DNA of 64,000 bases, from contig NC_089434.1 in NCBI RefSeq assembly GCF_026210795.1, forward strand, positions 3,782,001 to 3,846,000, in the 5' to 3' direction. Position 1 is the stretch's first letter. Each line of letters opens with the position of its first letter. Origin of the DNA: Rhizophagus irregularis (Eukaryota). The position numbers were made by a program, and so were the translations under genes. The notes below the pieces were generated by a model. The model saw only the letters and a program-made list of their open reading frames with translations. It did no database searches and was not told the origin of the DNA. Positions 11,692 to 24,729 of this stretch are shown here, one piece after another.

Positions 11692-12276
11692 ATATTTTAA
11701 TTAATTCGTATAATAAAAGCAAACATATAATTTGTTAAAGATAGAATATAAAATTTTATTAAATTTTAAAACTCCCAAAAGAAAGAGAGAAGAGTTATTG
11801 GAGTTTTTCAAAGCGAGATTTTCTTCTAAAAAAAAAAAAAAAAAAAAAAAATTTAGTAATTTAATATTAAAATATAATAAGAATAATAATATACCTTTGA
11901 GGTTAAGAAGTAATTGACCATAATTTAAATTGGAAGAATGAAGATTAGAGATGGTATCCTTGAATTTATCTTGTTCTTATTCAAGAGCTTTGACCTTCTC
12001 TTCCATCTCTTCAACCTGGTCTTGTAATTTCCAACCAGTATTTAGATATTGAAGGTTCTTTTCAAAGAGAGAATCATTTCGCTCTTTCATTTTAATTAGT
12101 TTCCATTGAGTCAAAGATAATTCACTTTAAAGAAATTCTACTTGCTCTGTTAAAAGAGAAAAAGAAAAAGAGAAGAGGAAATTCATACTATCAATTTCTA
12201 GTTAAAAACTAAGTGAATAAAATTGATAGTACAAAAGAGTACTACAGGGGAGTGCATTCAAGACTAATCCTAGAGG

Positions 12277-15200
12277 AGCATAGCGAACATCCCTATTTTA
12301 TCACAATTTTGGCGATCATTTGACGATCATTTGTTGATCACTTTTCAACTTTATCACATCGCTATAATTAAATTGATTAGCTTAAATTGAACGATTCTAC
12401 ATAATAATATTGATCAATATATACTCAAAATTTACAAACAGCATTTGAATTTACAATATATTGAATTTTATTAGAATCGCACTATTATTAGGCAACTTTT
12501 ACTAATAATAACTTTTAAAATGCCAATAATTAGCTTCAATCGGAAAATTTTACACAATAATACATGTTTAAATTTTACAAATAATTTTAGTATTGTTTTA
12601 ATTTACTATGTATTAAATTTTATTAGAGTTGTATTACTATTGAATAATATCTATTAGTAATAACTTTTAATAAAAATAAATAAATCTATTATAAATTTAA
12701 TAAATTAATATAAATTATCATAATCTGACCATTTTTGATATAAAATTTCAAATTGGTTATCTATATTTTGTTCTACATTTTCCATAATATCTTGTATATT
12801 TTCATCAATATCCTCATTTATATTGTTATTTGCATCTTTTTCAATTAAAGGCTTCTCATTATCTTTTAGTAGTGTATTTAATCTTTCTGTTAAACTATTA
12901 ATATTTTTTTTTATTTCAGATGATAAATAATTAAAACAATGGTTACAATTACCATTATATAAAGTTAAACATTCTTTATGAAAGCCATGCCCACAAATTA
13001 AAATAACATTATTATTAGGTAAATCTATATTATTATTATTAGATAGCAAACATTTTTCTGCATCACAAAATTTATCCTTATCATCAGAAGGTTTGCTTTT
13101 TGTATTCCAAGCCAATGGAAGGGCCTTTATATCAACATTAATTTTAAAGGTTGGAAGTGCAAAACTTGGATACTTATTATTATTAACTTGATTTGTATTT
13201 CCTAAATTATGAAAAATTTCATCAAAAATAGAAAGCAAAAACAAGGAAACTTTTTTTTCTAAGTAATTTAATCTAACTTGAGAAATAACTGGATTTCTTG
13301 AATTAACAAAAGCTTCTTTAAAAGAAAGGTTGCTATTTTTTTCAACATCAATAATTTTGGCCTTTTGAATAATTTGTAATGCTGTATTTGATTCAGCAGT
13401 TTGACTTCTAATAGAACTATGAAAATTTTCTACAAAATAATCATTAAAAATTGGCAAATGATTTTTTAAAATATTAGCCATTGGATGATTATTTAATTTC
13501 CAATAAAACACATCGCTTAAAAACATAAGTGATGCTTTATTATAATTATGTCATCTTAATCTTTGAAATAATACCCAAATTCTTACAACACCTTCTAAAT
13601 ATCCTTCAAAATATCCACTTCTAAAGAGTATTGTATATATATCTAAAGTAAGTGGTATAGAATTATCTAATAAATCAATCATCATTCTATATTCCATATC
13701 TTTAGAATTTCCAAAACGATGCATAACAACATTTCGAATCTTTTTCCAACCATTAAATGTTAAATCTAAAATAAGATTAATTACAGTTTGTTTTGGTTTA
13801 TGAGATAATATTTTTTTTTCTCCAAATAAATCATGGTATAATTTTTCAAAAAAAAATGATAGGTTTGAAACAAAGTTTCTCTACTATTTAATGAAATATG
13901 AAGTGGACCAATTATAGGAATTAAACTCAATATTTGTTCTGAAATACCAGATTTATTTCCTTTATTAATTCTTAATGTTATAGCTCTTCTTATATTTACT
14001 TGTCCTGGCCAATCAGCAACTACTGGAATAACATAATTATCTAAATAATTATATTCATTTTCTGACCTTTCAAATACTTTGAATAAAATATCTAAACATT
14101 CTATATAATCTTTAGTACTATGCAATGAATGTAAGATAAAATCTACTAATTTGCTATTATTTAATGATCTTAATTCTTGGTGATTTTGAATTCGACTATC
14201 ATAATCATGAACATTAAGATTTTCAACTCTATTTTCATAAGAATCTTCAATTAAGAATTGTTTCCATAATTCATTTTGTTCATAATAACTTTTACCTATT
14301 TGCTTCATAAAAAAATCCTCAAAATTTTTAATAATTAATTTAAAGTCAATCCCTTTAGGATTATGTATTAAAATATTATTTGAACAATATGGTATTGCTG
14401 CTATATTAGAATTAGAATTTAATAAAATTGTAACAAAATGAAATATATTATGTGTTTCTAATAATGTTGGCTTATTACGACGATGAATATTATGATAATC
14501 ATCAATATTTAAAATAAATATTTTTTCTATATTTTGCAAGCAGTAAATATCAACAGTTTGCTGATGCTCATTTGAAATAAGATTTTTTTGACGATCTACT
14601 GTCATTCTTCTTATTGAAAATCCTATATTTGCTAATGTATCAATAGATGATGATGATGCACCAGAAGTTTGTAAATATGATCCAATATCAGCTTTAATAC
14701 TATTAATATATTTATTATTAATACTGGCCAAAAAATAACATAAAGAAACTAATTTTTTCTTGTTATTTTCATTTGTTTTATCAGATTTAGTATGGGGATT
14801 AGTACCAATATATAATTCATCAAAAAAACCAACCAAATCTTTATCAGCTGCTTCTAACATTATTTTAAAAGTTGTTGGTTCATAAATAGGCTTTTGATTT
14901 AATTTATGTTGATTATGATAAAGAATATTGGACATTTTTATTATCTTATCACTTAAACTAACTTCATTTGGAATTGTCATATGCTCTAAAATTTCTTGAA
15001 AATCCAATTCAAGTTGTTTTAATTCTTCTCCACTATAAAAAACATCATTTCTTAATATATAAGAATAATTACCAACTTGTAGAATTTTATCATCATTTTG
15101 TTTTTTTTTTGAAATAGGTGCTTTATATTCTTCAGTTTGTAAATATTCAGGATCCTTATCAGTTTTTTTCCTACACATGCTACAAATTTCTGCAAACTCA

Positions 15201-16128
15201 TCTAATCCTAATACTTCAATTAACCTCTTTGGAACTTTTTCAAGATTAAGTTTTTTTGATTGTTTATTGCCTTTTGATTGTGTTTTATATAGTTCATGTT
15301 TTGGATGAGAACAAGATTTATTATATCCAAGATTATGAGTTTCATTAATGACATATCTATTATAATGAGTTTGACATAGTTTCATGCCAACTAAAACAAT
15401 TTCTTTCATTGTTACTGGAATATCTATGTTTTCAGTAATTATTCTAATTCTTCCCTTGCAGTCAGTAGAATGAAATTTACAAACATTTAATATGTTTTCT
15501 GTTTCCATTTTTTAATTTAAATTTTTAAATGATTTATTTTTCAAAAATAAAGAGTTTTCTTACAAATCTTAAGCTATTTATAAAAAAAATTAAAAAAAAT
15601 TAACAATAAATTTAGTTATATAATTTTATTTGTTATCAATATTCATAAAAAAAGTCCGAAAATTAATGTTTTCATATCCAAAGTTAACTACCCAGCCGAA
15701 AATAGGCTAAATTTTTAATAATTAGAAAAATTAAAAAATAATTGATGATGTTGCAACACCCAGTGATCAGAATTTAACGATTTATAGCTTGTTGGATTCA
15801 TCTCATCAAGACGAACATTTTGATAGTAATTTCATAAATATTTATGCAAAATTGATTGAGAAATGATATTTTGAAAATTTCTATTTATTATATAAATTAT
15901 AGTATTATAATTGCAAATACAATTTTATTCATAACTTTTGTGTTACCAAAAATTATACTTGGTTACTTCGGCCATTAATTTTAAAGCAGTTAAACTATGG
16001 GCTATAAAAGTTTCAAGTTTCGCCCGAACTTCTGTGGCTTCGCCCGAAGCCTTAAAGTCCGATATCACCTAATTTACTATATGATCGGCAAATGATCGAC
16101 AAGGTGATATAAGCATGTTCGCTATGCT
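12277..16128 (-). mobile_element. TIR DNA transposon, 3852 bp, 14-bp perfect TIRs, 9-bp TSD; Academ/P-like
   Basis: AGCATAGCGAACAT at 12277-12290 and its reverse complement at 16115-16128; TCCTAGAGG at 12268-12276 and 16129-16137; subterminal CGATCATTTG repeats at both ends. Confidence 0.93.
12705..15508 (-). pseudogene. ~930-aa putative DDE transposase with N-terminal Cys/His clusters and C-terminal RING finger
   Basis: The 575-aa and 273-aa ORFs join across a 1-nt frameshift in a homopolymer (13848-13856) and one TGA (13551-13553); motifs LNIDDYH, VVADWPG, GPLH, HNYNKA, NDYFVENFHSSIR; RING-like C-x4-C..CGHGFHKEC..CNHC. Confidence 0.8.
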
Positions 16129-16209
16129 TCCTAGAGGTATAAAAACCCCATCTACAGGCCAAAAGATCAACCATTAAAGAACTAGAACATAAGTACTCTG
16201 TGATAAGGT

Positions 16210-17250
16210 ATTTCAGCTTCTTTTTTTAATATATTTGAAAGGAAAATTTAATGTAACTTTGAGAAACCAGTAATAGTAGGTACAGAAACTATTTACTTTA
16301 AATTTTGTAGTTGCTTTTATATTATAATTTGAATAATAATCTCAAAGATGTTAATTGTTACAAGAATTTATATGTTAAAATACCACTTCATCTTAGTGAA
16401 TCTGTTATTATTAGGGTTCAGCCAGATAATAGCATTATTTGATTGGTGGAAATTAACTTTCAAGTGTAAGATATGTTTTCTAGGAGTTGCTTCTTCATGT
16501 GTATGTATAGTTTCATTAATATCTTGAATTACGAATTGAATTGATTCATTATTTAAAATCTGCTAAATAAATTTTTTAGACAACATTTGAAGTAAGATCC
16601 GTGCATCTATTAAGGAGTAGTATATTGGCTTATTTATAGTTTTTAGCATTTTTAATATATTGGCTAGTGATTAATATGATGCATGATCTTGAATTTTAAG
16701 TTTAGCTATATTAAATACGAGTATATTTTCTTCTGTATCATAAGGATTATAAATCCTTTTGAATGTAGTGGCAGAAAATTTTCAATCTCTATTGAAATAT
16801 CAATCAAAATTAAAATTTCAAATAATTAAGATATTGATAAATATTGAAAATATTGAAATTTCAAATAATTAAGATATTGATAAATATTGAAAATATTGAA
16901 ATTAGTAACAAATGTTCATATGAATTATAAAATCCTTTTGAGTGTGAATGACAAGCAATCTATATTATGATATAAATCAAAATTCCAATGAACTTTACCA
17001 ATGTTTATATTACTAATATTCATAAATTATCCAGTTCTATAATGTTTTTTAATTTTAAATATTCCAGTTCCATTTTAGTTCTTTTCTGAAGATTTTGCAG
17101 TGGATTTAAATTTTTTTGTATTCTTATTACTAAATTAATCCAGATTTTGTATCAATGTTGAGATTAAGTTGTTGATACATATTATAATATAATCACCATT
17201 CAAAGTATTCTCCAAATATTAAACTAAAAATTTTAGCTTGATAGTATAAT
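16210..17250 (-). pseudogene. Heavily decayed non-LTR retrotransposon ORF2 fragment
   Basis: Coding-like minus strand with a possible RNase H-like ..AEI.. segment near 16215-16260; many stops; exact 43-bp tandem duplication at 16818-16903. Confidence 0.35.
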
Positions 17251-20200
17251 ATGGTGTGGTGAAAAATAAATCACTTATAAATATATATATATAAAACTAT
17301 TTTTTTTTTTTGAAATTACAGATATAAATTCAGTCAAGATATAAGTCTTATATATTTTCTAATGATAACAAGCAGATTTTTTAAATAATTATTTATATAG
17401 AATTTTGAAATATTAAACCTAATTTTTGTAATTAGGTATTTTCATCTAAGCTTTGCTTATTAAATTTTAATATCCTATCACATTCAAACATCTGGTATCA
17501 CTAAGTAAATCCTATCAATTATTATAATATTAGCAATTTTAGTTGTATAATTTAATTTTAAACCATAAAGTCTACTTATTTCTTAGCCCACTATGATTAC
17601 TTAAAAAATGTACTTATGGAAAATTTGAAAAAGATAGTGACTATTGAATAAGAGCCATATGAAGTAATGAGAAGTACTTCTATGAGCGCAGTTGCCACTA
17701 GAGTATTGTATTGAGTGATGATTTCTACTTGTACTATTTTGTATTGTCTTCTGTTTTATAAAATAAAATTTTTTTAAAAGTATTTCAAAGTTTATATTTT
17801 TTTCTTTGAAATACTAGACCTAATTTTTGTTATTAGGTAGTATTGTTATTTTAATTAAATTAATCCATCATCTGGAATTTTTTTATCAAGTTTAATAGTT
17901 GATATTTGCAATTAAAGTTATTAATAATATAATAATATAAGTCTAAAAAAATCTGTTTTCTAAAAAGTTATGATGATTTCATTTCTAGTAAAAATAAATT
18001 ACTTATAAATATATAGTTTATTTTAAAATTGCAGTTTTTTGAACTTTTTGAAATTAGACTTCCAATAATAGTAATCAAAGAGAAAAGGTCAAAAGTTATG
18101 AATTATCATTTTTAATTTCTATCCATTCTTTTTTAATCAATATTTTTTAAAAAATAATTATTTTACTGATTTAATATAATTTTGTAATACTAAACCTAAA
18201 TTATGTAATTAGGTTTATTTTATCTAGCCTTGCTCATTAAATTTTAATATCTTATCATCTAGTATTACTAGGTAAATTCTTATAATTTTAAGTTTTAAAC
18301 CATAATAAAATTTTTTATTATATAGCCCTCTATAGTTTTTTATAAAATGTATTTTATTGTTCATGTGCCTTTAGAATAAGAGTCATAAGAATCAGGATTG
18401 TGGTTTAAACCATAATTCTTAGCCCAAAAGTTAAACCATCATAGTACTTTGTTGGGGATAGTGCATAGTCAGCATCTTGGATGACGTGCCATGGTGAATA
18501 ACATGATTTTTGTTCATTCTTTGTTGATGAGTGACAAAGGTTTTGAAAAAAAGGTCCCTCCCTCTCATAAATGTTTTTATTATACAGTATGTGTTTCTTT
18601 AGAAAGGAATCGGCAGTTGTTATAAGGTATTGAAAGCATTAAGTAGTGGTTTTTATTTTAACTATTTTGTATTGCCTTCTGTTTTATATAAGTAAAGTTT
18701 TTTCAAAGTATTTCAAACTAATATAATTTTAAACTTTGAAATACTAACCCTAATTTTTGTAATTAATTAGCATTATTTTAAGATTTACCAAATTTTTATT
18801 AACTTAACCTGATTAAATATTTTGTCTGTTGAAATGCTATATTGTTTAATAATAAATATATTTATATTTACTAATTAATGATAAAATAATTTTTTTTTAT
18901 AATATATTGTTTTTCTAATTAAGGTAATCCATTATTTGTTAAATATATAAGACATCTGTTTATCAGTTGGTTTCTTACAAAGAATCATCAATTGACAACA
19001 GTTGTTAACTTCCTCTTTAATTTAATCAAAAACATGTTTCTTTTTGTTGTATGCATTAAACCAAACCCCACGACACTTCTCTCTAAACACATATTGTGCT
19101 CTAGAAGACTGCACACTCCTTCTTCAAGTCCATCAATCGTTTCAGTTTGCCTAATAATTAATGCTTGGGCATTCCACAATTTCCTTTGTTCTACAGCCCA
19201 AAATCATAATGTGCTTGAACTTGAAGCTTGTTTAAGAATCCCAAATTCATTTAAGTTCACAATTTCTTCTCAAAGATCTTTATTCTCCTTTTTAACCTTC
19301 ATAAGATCCTCTATTGAAAAATAAAAATGGTCATTTTTACAGACTGGTTTTAACAGTGCCATTATTCTTATTTCTTTATATTCTTTCACTGAACTTAGAA
19401 CATTGATTGAGTTTATTTCTGAAATCAGTTAAGAATTTACGAGTTCTTTTTAAATAGCCTTTAGCTTTACTAGTATAAATTTTTACTCACAAAATTTTTG
19501 CAATTAAATCGTCAAGAGCTTTACTACACAGATGATTTGATTGTATTCATAATTAAAAATATAAGAGACAATATAATATGAGTTACTGTCATCTGTATGG
19601 GCTAAATTAATCCAGATTTCAAAGTTAATGGCTGATTTCATGCCACTTATAAAAAAACAAACACTTAATTCTTCAAAACAATCAAGAAGATGTCAATCAT
19701 AACCAGCTACTTCTAATAATCTGTAAATATATGGTGTTCACTAAAGCATTAGATCCATATTAGATAATGATATTAAAGGGTAAAATTGTGAAATTAATAA
19801 TTTTGCCTAAAAAATTTGTATCTAAAAAATTTAGTTTAAAAAATATAATATGGCGGTGATTTCACTTCTAGTAAGAAATAAATTACTCATGAATATATAA
19901 ATAATATAATGTGCCCTTTTTCATCTGTTTACACACCTTATCAGATAGGATAATTTCACATCCAAGATCCATGCGTTAAACCTCACACATTAACAGTAGC
20001 AATGTTAAGATAGGGATATTCTTTAGTTTTTTGTTTAAAATCTGCCTTTTTCTTTTCGGTAGCCTTCAAGTAGTAAAATAAATATTTTGTTTTTAAATTG
20101 CAGATATAAACAATAACTTGGTAAAATAATATTTCAAAATTATTTAATGTGAAACTTTGAAATACTAAACTTAATTTTTGTAATTAGGTTTATTCTGTCT

Positions 20201-21430
20201 AGTCTTGCTTATTAAACTTTAATATATTATGATCATATTTAAGCATCTGGCATTACTAGAAAAATCCTATCAATTGTAATATTTAAACCACAATAAGTCA
20301 TAATAATTATATTTCTCTTTTAGCTCATTTACAAGTTCTTTATATAAAATATATTGTACCTAGTTATAGGAATAAGAAAGTAATGAGAAGTACTTCCATA
20401 ATCAGCTGTAGTGTTGTTGGAGAAATTGTCATAGTATATAAAGAACATTGAGTGGTGTTTCACTTTTTCTATCTTCTTTTTCATTATATAAAATAAAGTT
20501 TCTTTAAAGTATTTCAAAATTGATATTATTTTAAATTTTGAAATACTAAACCTGATTTTTGTAATTAGGTTTATTGCTTATTACTTAGTCCTTCTATAGG
20601 TTCTTTGAACAAGTGATCTAAAAGTGCTTTATAATCAGTATAAAAAAAAAGAAGAGGTGATAAATTGAATGAAAGTGTGAATTGTATGTGGTAATAGTTT
20701 TTGATTGCAAAATTGGTAGTCAATTTTTTGATATAAGTAATGCTGGCATGTTGTCTGTTGCATGATATTTAGCTAGATCATCAATTAAGCCATGTGCTTT
20801 TATAGTCTAAATAGCTTGTAGTTTCATTCTGATTTTGTCTTTTAGTCTATAATTAAAGTCTCCTATTATGATTCCTAGAGTGCTACCACAATAGTTTAGA
20901 GTATTCTTTCTATCATTTGTTTTTAATTCATAGAAATCTTTGTGAATTGGCAAAAAGGTAGCAACACATGATATTTAGATGTTTATTTTTCTTGAATCCT
21001 AATATGATGTTGAGTAAATAACCAACAGCCATAGGTATTAAGAAATTAGGAATTAATAAGGAGTATTTCCATAATCCATAATCCAGTCCTGCTATAGTTA
21101 CTTCCTAGTTTATTAGACATTTTTTGAGATCTCATTTTTATCTCTGATAGTGTATAGAAGGCATTGAGTTTTTTAGTTAAGTATGCCTCCCCTGGTATAT
21201 TAATAATATTCTTATCATTCTTATCCATACAATAAAATAAAAAATAAAAAATGTATTAAAGAAAAAAATATATATTTAATAAGTGGTAATTTGGTTGATA
21301 TTTTTTTATCATAAATGTGAAAGAAATGGAAGTAGTTTTTAATTTTACTATTTATATAATTTTCTATTTTCAAAGTATTTAATTCAAACCTTTTAAAATA
21401 CTTAACCTAATTTTTGTAGTTAGGTAGTAT
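17250..21430. repeat. Array of seven diverged double-hairpin units, forming three ~0.7-0.8-kb higher-order copies
   Basis: Variants of AAATACTAAACCTAATTTTTGTAATTAGGT at ~17408, 17809, 18186, 18739, 20160, 20541 and 21396. Confidence 0.8.
19480..21230 (-). pseudogene. LINE fragments (AP endonuclease and RT pieces) interspersed in the array
   Basis: YLNIATVNV*GL (~19975-20020), GIIIGDFN (~20851-20875), degenerate LAHTDD (~19585-19605). Confidence 0.55.
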
Positions 21431-23400
21431 TATTCTTTTAATATTTAAATCACCCACTTCACAACTTTTTATTTTTTTTAAACAGTTTATCTTTTCTCCT
21501 ACAGATTTTTGTATTAGTGTATAATTCATTATTATTAAATATTACAAGAAGACTTATAATATTTATTAGGTATATAAGAAGACTTCTAATATTTAGACAA
21601 AAGTATTATGTACCATCAACACCTAATTTGGTTGACTTATATATCTATTACTTATATTTATATTGTTCAACAGTAGGTATTTCTTCTATTAATCTTTGAA
21701 TTTTTTTATGATAATATTTTGTACTGAAAGATGTTGTTGAAGATTTTTTAAATGTTCAAAAGTGATTGTAACCAATTTATTTCTAATTCATTATATTTTG
21801 AATTTTTGTTTAAATTTAAAAAATTTTCAAAGTTACAAACAATAATAGTGATAGGACCCATAAATTTGTTCCTTCTGGTTTAACTTTTAAAATAAATATT
21901 TTTGTTTAATTGAAATACAATAAATATATTTGTATTGGAATAGTTGTTTAAATTCTTTTAATTCTTTGTATGAACACTATTTGTCCTAACTCCATTGGCT
22001 ATAAGTTAAGGGATGCCTTATTTTCTGGATATGAATTGAACAATTTAAATACTATATTGTTGCAAAGTAGCAGAGTGATAGTCCATAGTTGAAAAGTTAT
22101 TTCAATTATCAATTTACAAAATCCTCATCAGGATTCCAAAAAGATATAAAAGAGATATAAAAATATTATTCTAATGATCATGGTACTTCAAATCTATATT
22201 AAAACAGATAAACTCTATAATAACAAGTGGTTGTATATCCTATATTTAAATCCATAACTAAAAATTAATAAAAAACTAGACTATTTTGAAATTAGTATAC
22301 TAGTCATAATGGTTAGAACTTAATGGTTAAGACGTTAAGTGACCAATACATATTAATGAGATGTTTAATAGCTAATATTAAGTTTCAGTCAAATTCATTT
22401 TTTTCACTCAGAATTTTCCTACTAAACATTTTTACTATAAACACATTTAGCCCATTGAGTGTTTGGTATTTTTTATTTTTTTTCTAACATTTGAAATAAA
22501 TAATTTGCCCTCTAACTGGTACTTTATATTGGGCAATACTGCTATAATAAATTCATGAATGCATGCTGACAGTTCAAATATGTATATCCTTTTCATCAAT
22601 ATGTTCTCTACAAAATCAGTTTGTTTTTTATAAGATAAAAAGCTAAATTTATATGATTTCAACAATTAAACTTTATTATTCTAATATATTTATAATAATT
22701 TATTTGAACTGCATTGGATGTATACAGTAAATTATATATTTTATTAGAATAAGATTAAAACAAATGTATTGTTAAGAACATTTGTAAATATAAGTAAAAA
22801 AAAGCAAAAAGAATATATAGATAAGTGATGAATATTAACAAGTATTGGAATATAGATGGTTCATATTGGAGATGGTAAGGATAGCATTGTAATAGGAAGT
22901 ATAATGTTTTTGCTAATAATCTTTTCTTAGATATGAAAGATTATATAATCATATAGTATAAATGTCAGGTAAGAATGATGAGTATTAATTCTGTTCATTC
23001 TGATCTTGGATTGTCCTTTATGTATTCTCCTAGTTATTATCATTTATTCATTTGTATGTCTATAATTGTTTTGTTGTTTATTGATAGATTTAGATTTGTA
23101 ATGTCAGTTTATGATTTTTCTCTTTGTATTATTGAAATACTAGAATCAACAATTTTATTTCCACTTCTGGAAGGTATCGTTAACTCCTTGGTAATTCTAT
23201 TTAAATCTTTAATAGTAGATAAATTTTTGCCGTTCCATGAGGTTTTAAAAGCTTCTCTAATAGCAGTTTTTAACTGCCATCCACTCAAAGATTTATAGAT
23301 CATTGATAATCAAATCATTAGTTTATTATTATTAAAAGCATTATGCAGCCACATGACAATATTGCATATAATGATTAATAAATTATTACAGGATTGGTCC
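21300..23400 (-). pseudogene. Decayed LINE ORF2 3' portion and 3' UTR
   Basis: KIQRLIEEIPTVEQ (~21660-21705), resembling the C-terminal region of fungal LINE ORF2, then a hairpin unit and an A-rich end. Confidence 0.45.
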
Positions 23401-24729
23401 TTAGTAAAAATTTTCTGAGTTTATTGCCTATGAAATATTAAGTAATATAATTGTAAAAAAAATATTCTAAGCAGAAAAAAGGAAAAGGAGGGAAAAGATG
23501 ATCAGATTAATAAATTTTGAATCTATTTATTTATTTTTTAAATCAGAATTTTACCACATGATAATATCAAAGCCTAAATCACAGCCACACAACTTCAACC
23601 CACCACTTAGCAGAAATGTGTATGATATCATATGTCAAATCAAAAATCTACAAGTTTATTAAAATTATATAATAATGTAGTAATATATTTAATATATTAT
23701 AAATATATACATATATTATTTTTTTTTTATATAATAAATGATTTGTATTATACATTCAGTTAATTAGAATGGACATAAACTGATTGCTGGTTACAAGAAA
23801 AGTTCAAGTTTTATAGTAATTATTAAAATAAGTTCCAATAATAATAAAGGTTTTATGATGAATAACTAAATAAATAATTTGTACTTTTACTAATATATTT
23901 TCAATTATTAGAGTTTGGCTGAAATCATCTAAATATCGCAAACCAGAATTAAAATAATTATTACTGATATTAAAGCCACATAAGCAATAAACTTCAAAAG
24001 AAAAGAAAAAATTATATAACCAACTGGCAGTAAATGTCACAGATGTTATATAATAATCAAATTTGATGGTTTTTCACAATAACCTTTTAATTTACTTTGT
24101 TCTAAATTAAATATCATGACAAACCTCAAAAGCCTCTTATTTTACTATATTAATTCTTGTTGAAAATCAGGAATAAGATATTTATTGTTGATGATAAATT
24201 AAAAATAATTAAAAGGCTTTTCAAAACTAAGCCTTAAAACAATTTGTTCAACTTTGGGCATAACTAAGCCATAGGAATAAGCCTGCATATTTTATATAAT
24301 ATCTTATTATTGATTTTATTCTAAATTTATTATAAGCCTTTACTTACATATCTGCTTACATAATAATAAGAAACTTCTTACGTATTGTTTTGTTCTATCA
24401 CATGATTTATTAGAACAAAGTGGATAAAGCTTATAATCTTTATTTAACGAGGGTGCTGTTAAAGTTATAATACGATTGCGCCACGGCTACAAAATTAATT
24501 ATGGCTTTATATCACGTGCCGTAATGCCATAAGTTTTTTTTTACGGTTATGACATTTTGATATATACCCAATGTTATAATTTTGTCAGCATCTAAAAATT
24601 GTGAAGATTAAAGTTATAAAAATAGATATAAATCATGATAAATTTTTAATGTACCGAAATTTTTTTTTGAAATAACAAGGTTATATATGAATTTAAATTT
24701 ATTTTGTAACCGATAATTTATTTTTCGGA

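Larger units (their letters stand above)
7275..12276 (+). mobile_element. 5'-truncated Ty3/gypsy-type LTR retrotransposon relic with accessory genes; probably resumes at 16138-16206 after the DNA transposon
   Basis: RNase H followed ~3 kb later by H2C2-rve integrase on the same strand; TGTGATA at ~16200 could be a decayed LTR end. Confidence 0.75.

Noticed and set aside
17250..21430. CRISPR array
   Set aside because: The repeats are diverged, spacing is 380-1400 bp and irregular, there are no cas genes, and the context is eukaryotic
17380..21430. Hammerhead or HDV ribozymes in the hairpin units
   Set aside because: I could not find the CUGANGA/GAAA core or an HDV pseudoknot on either strand
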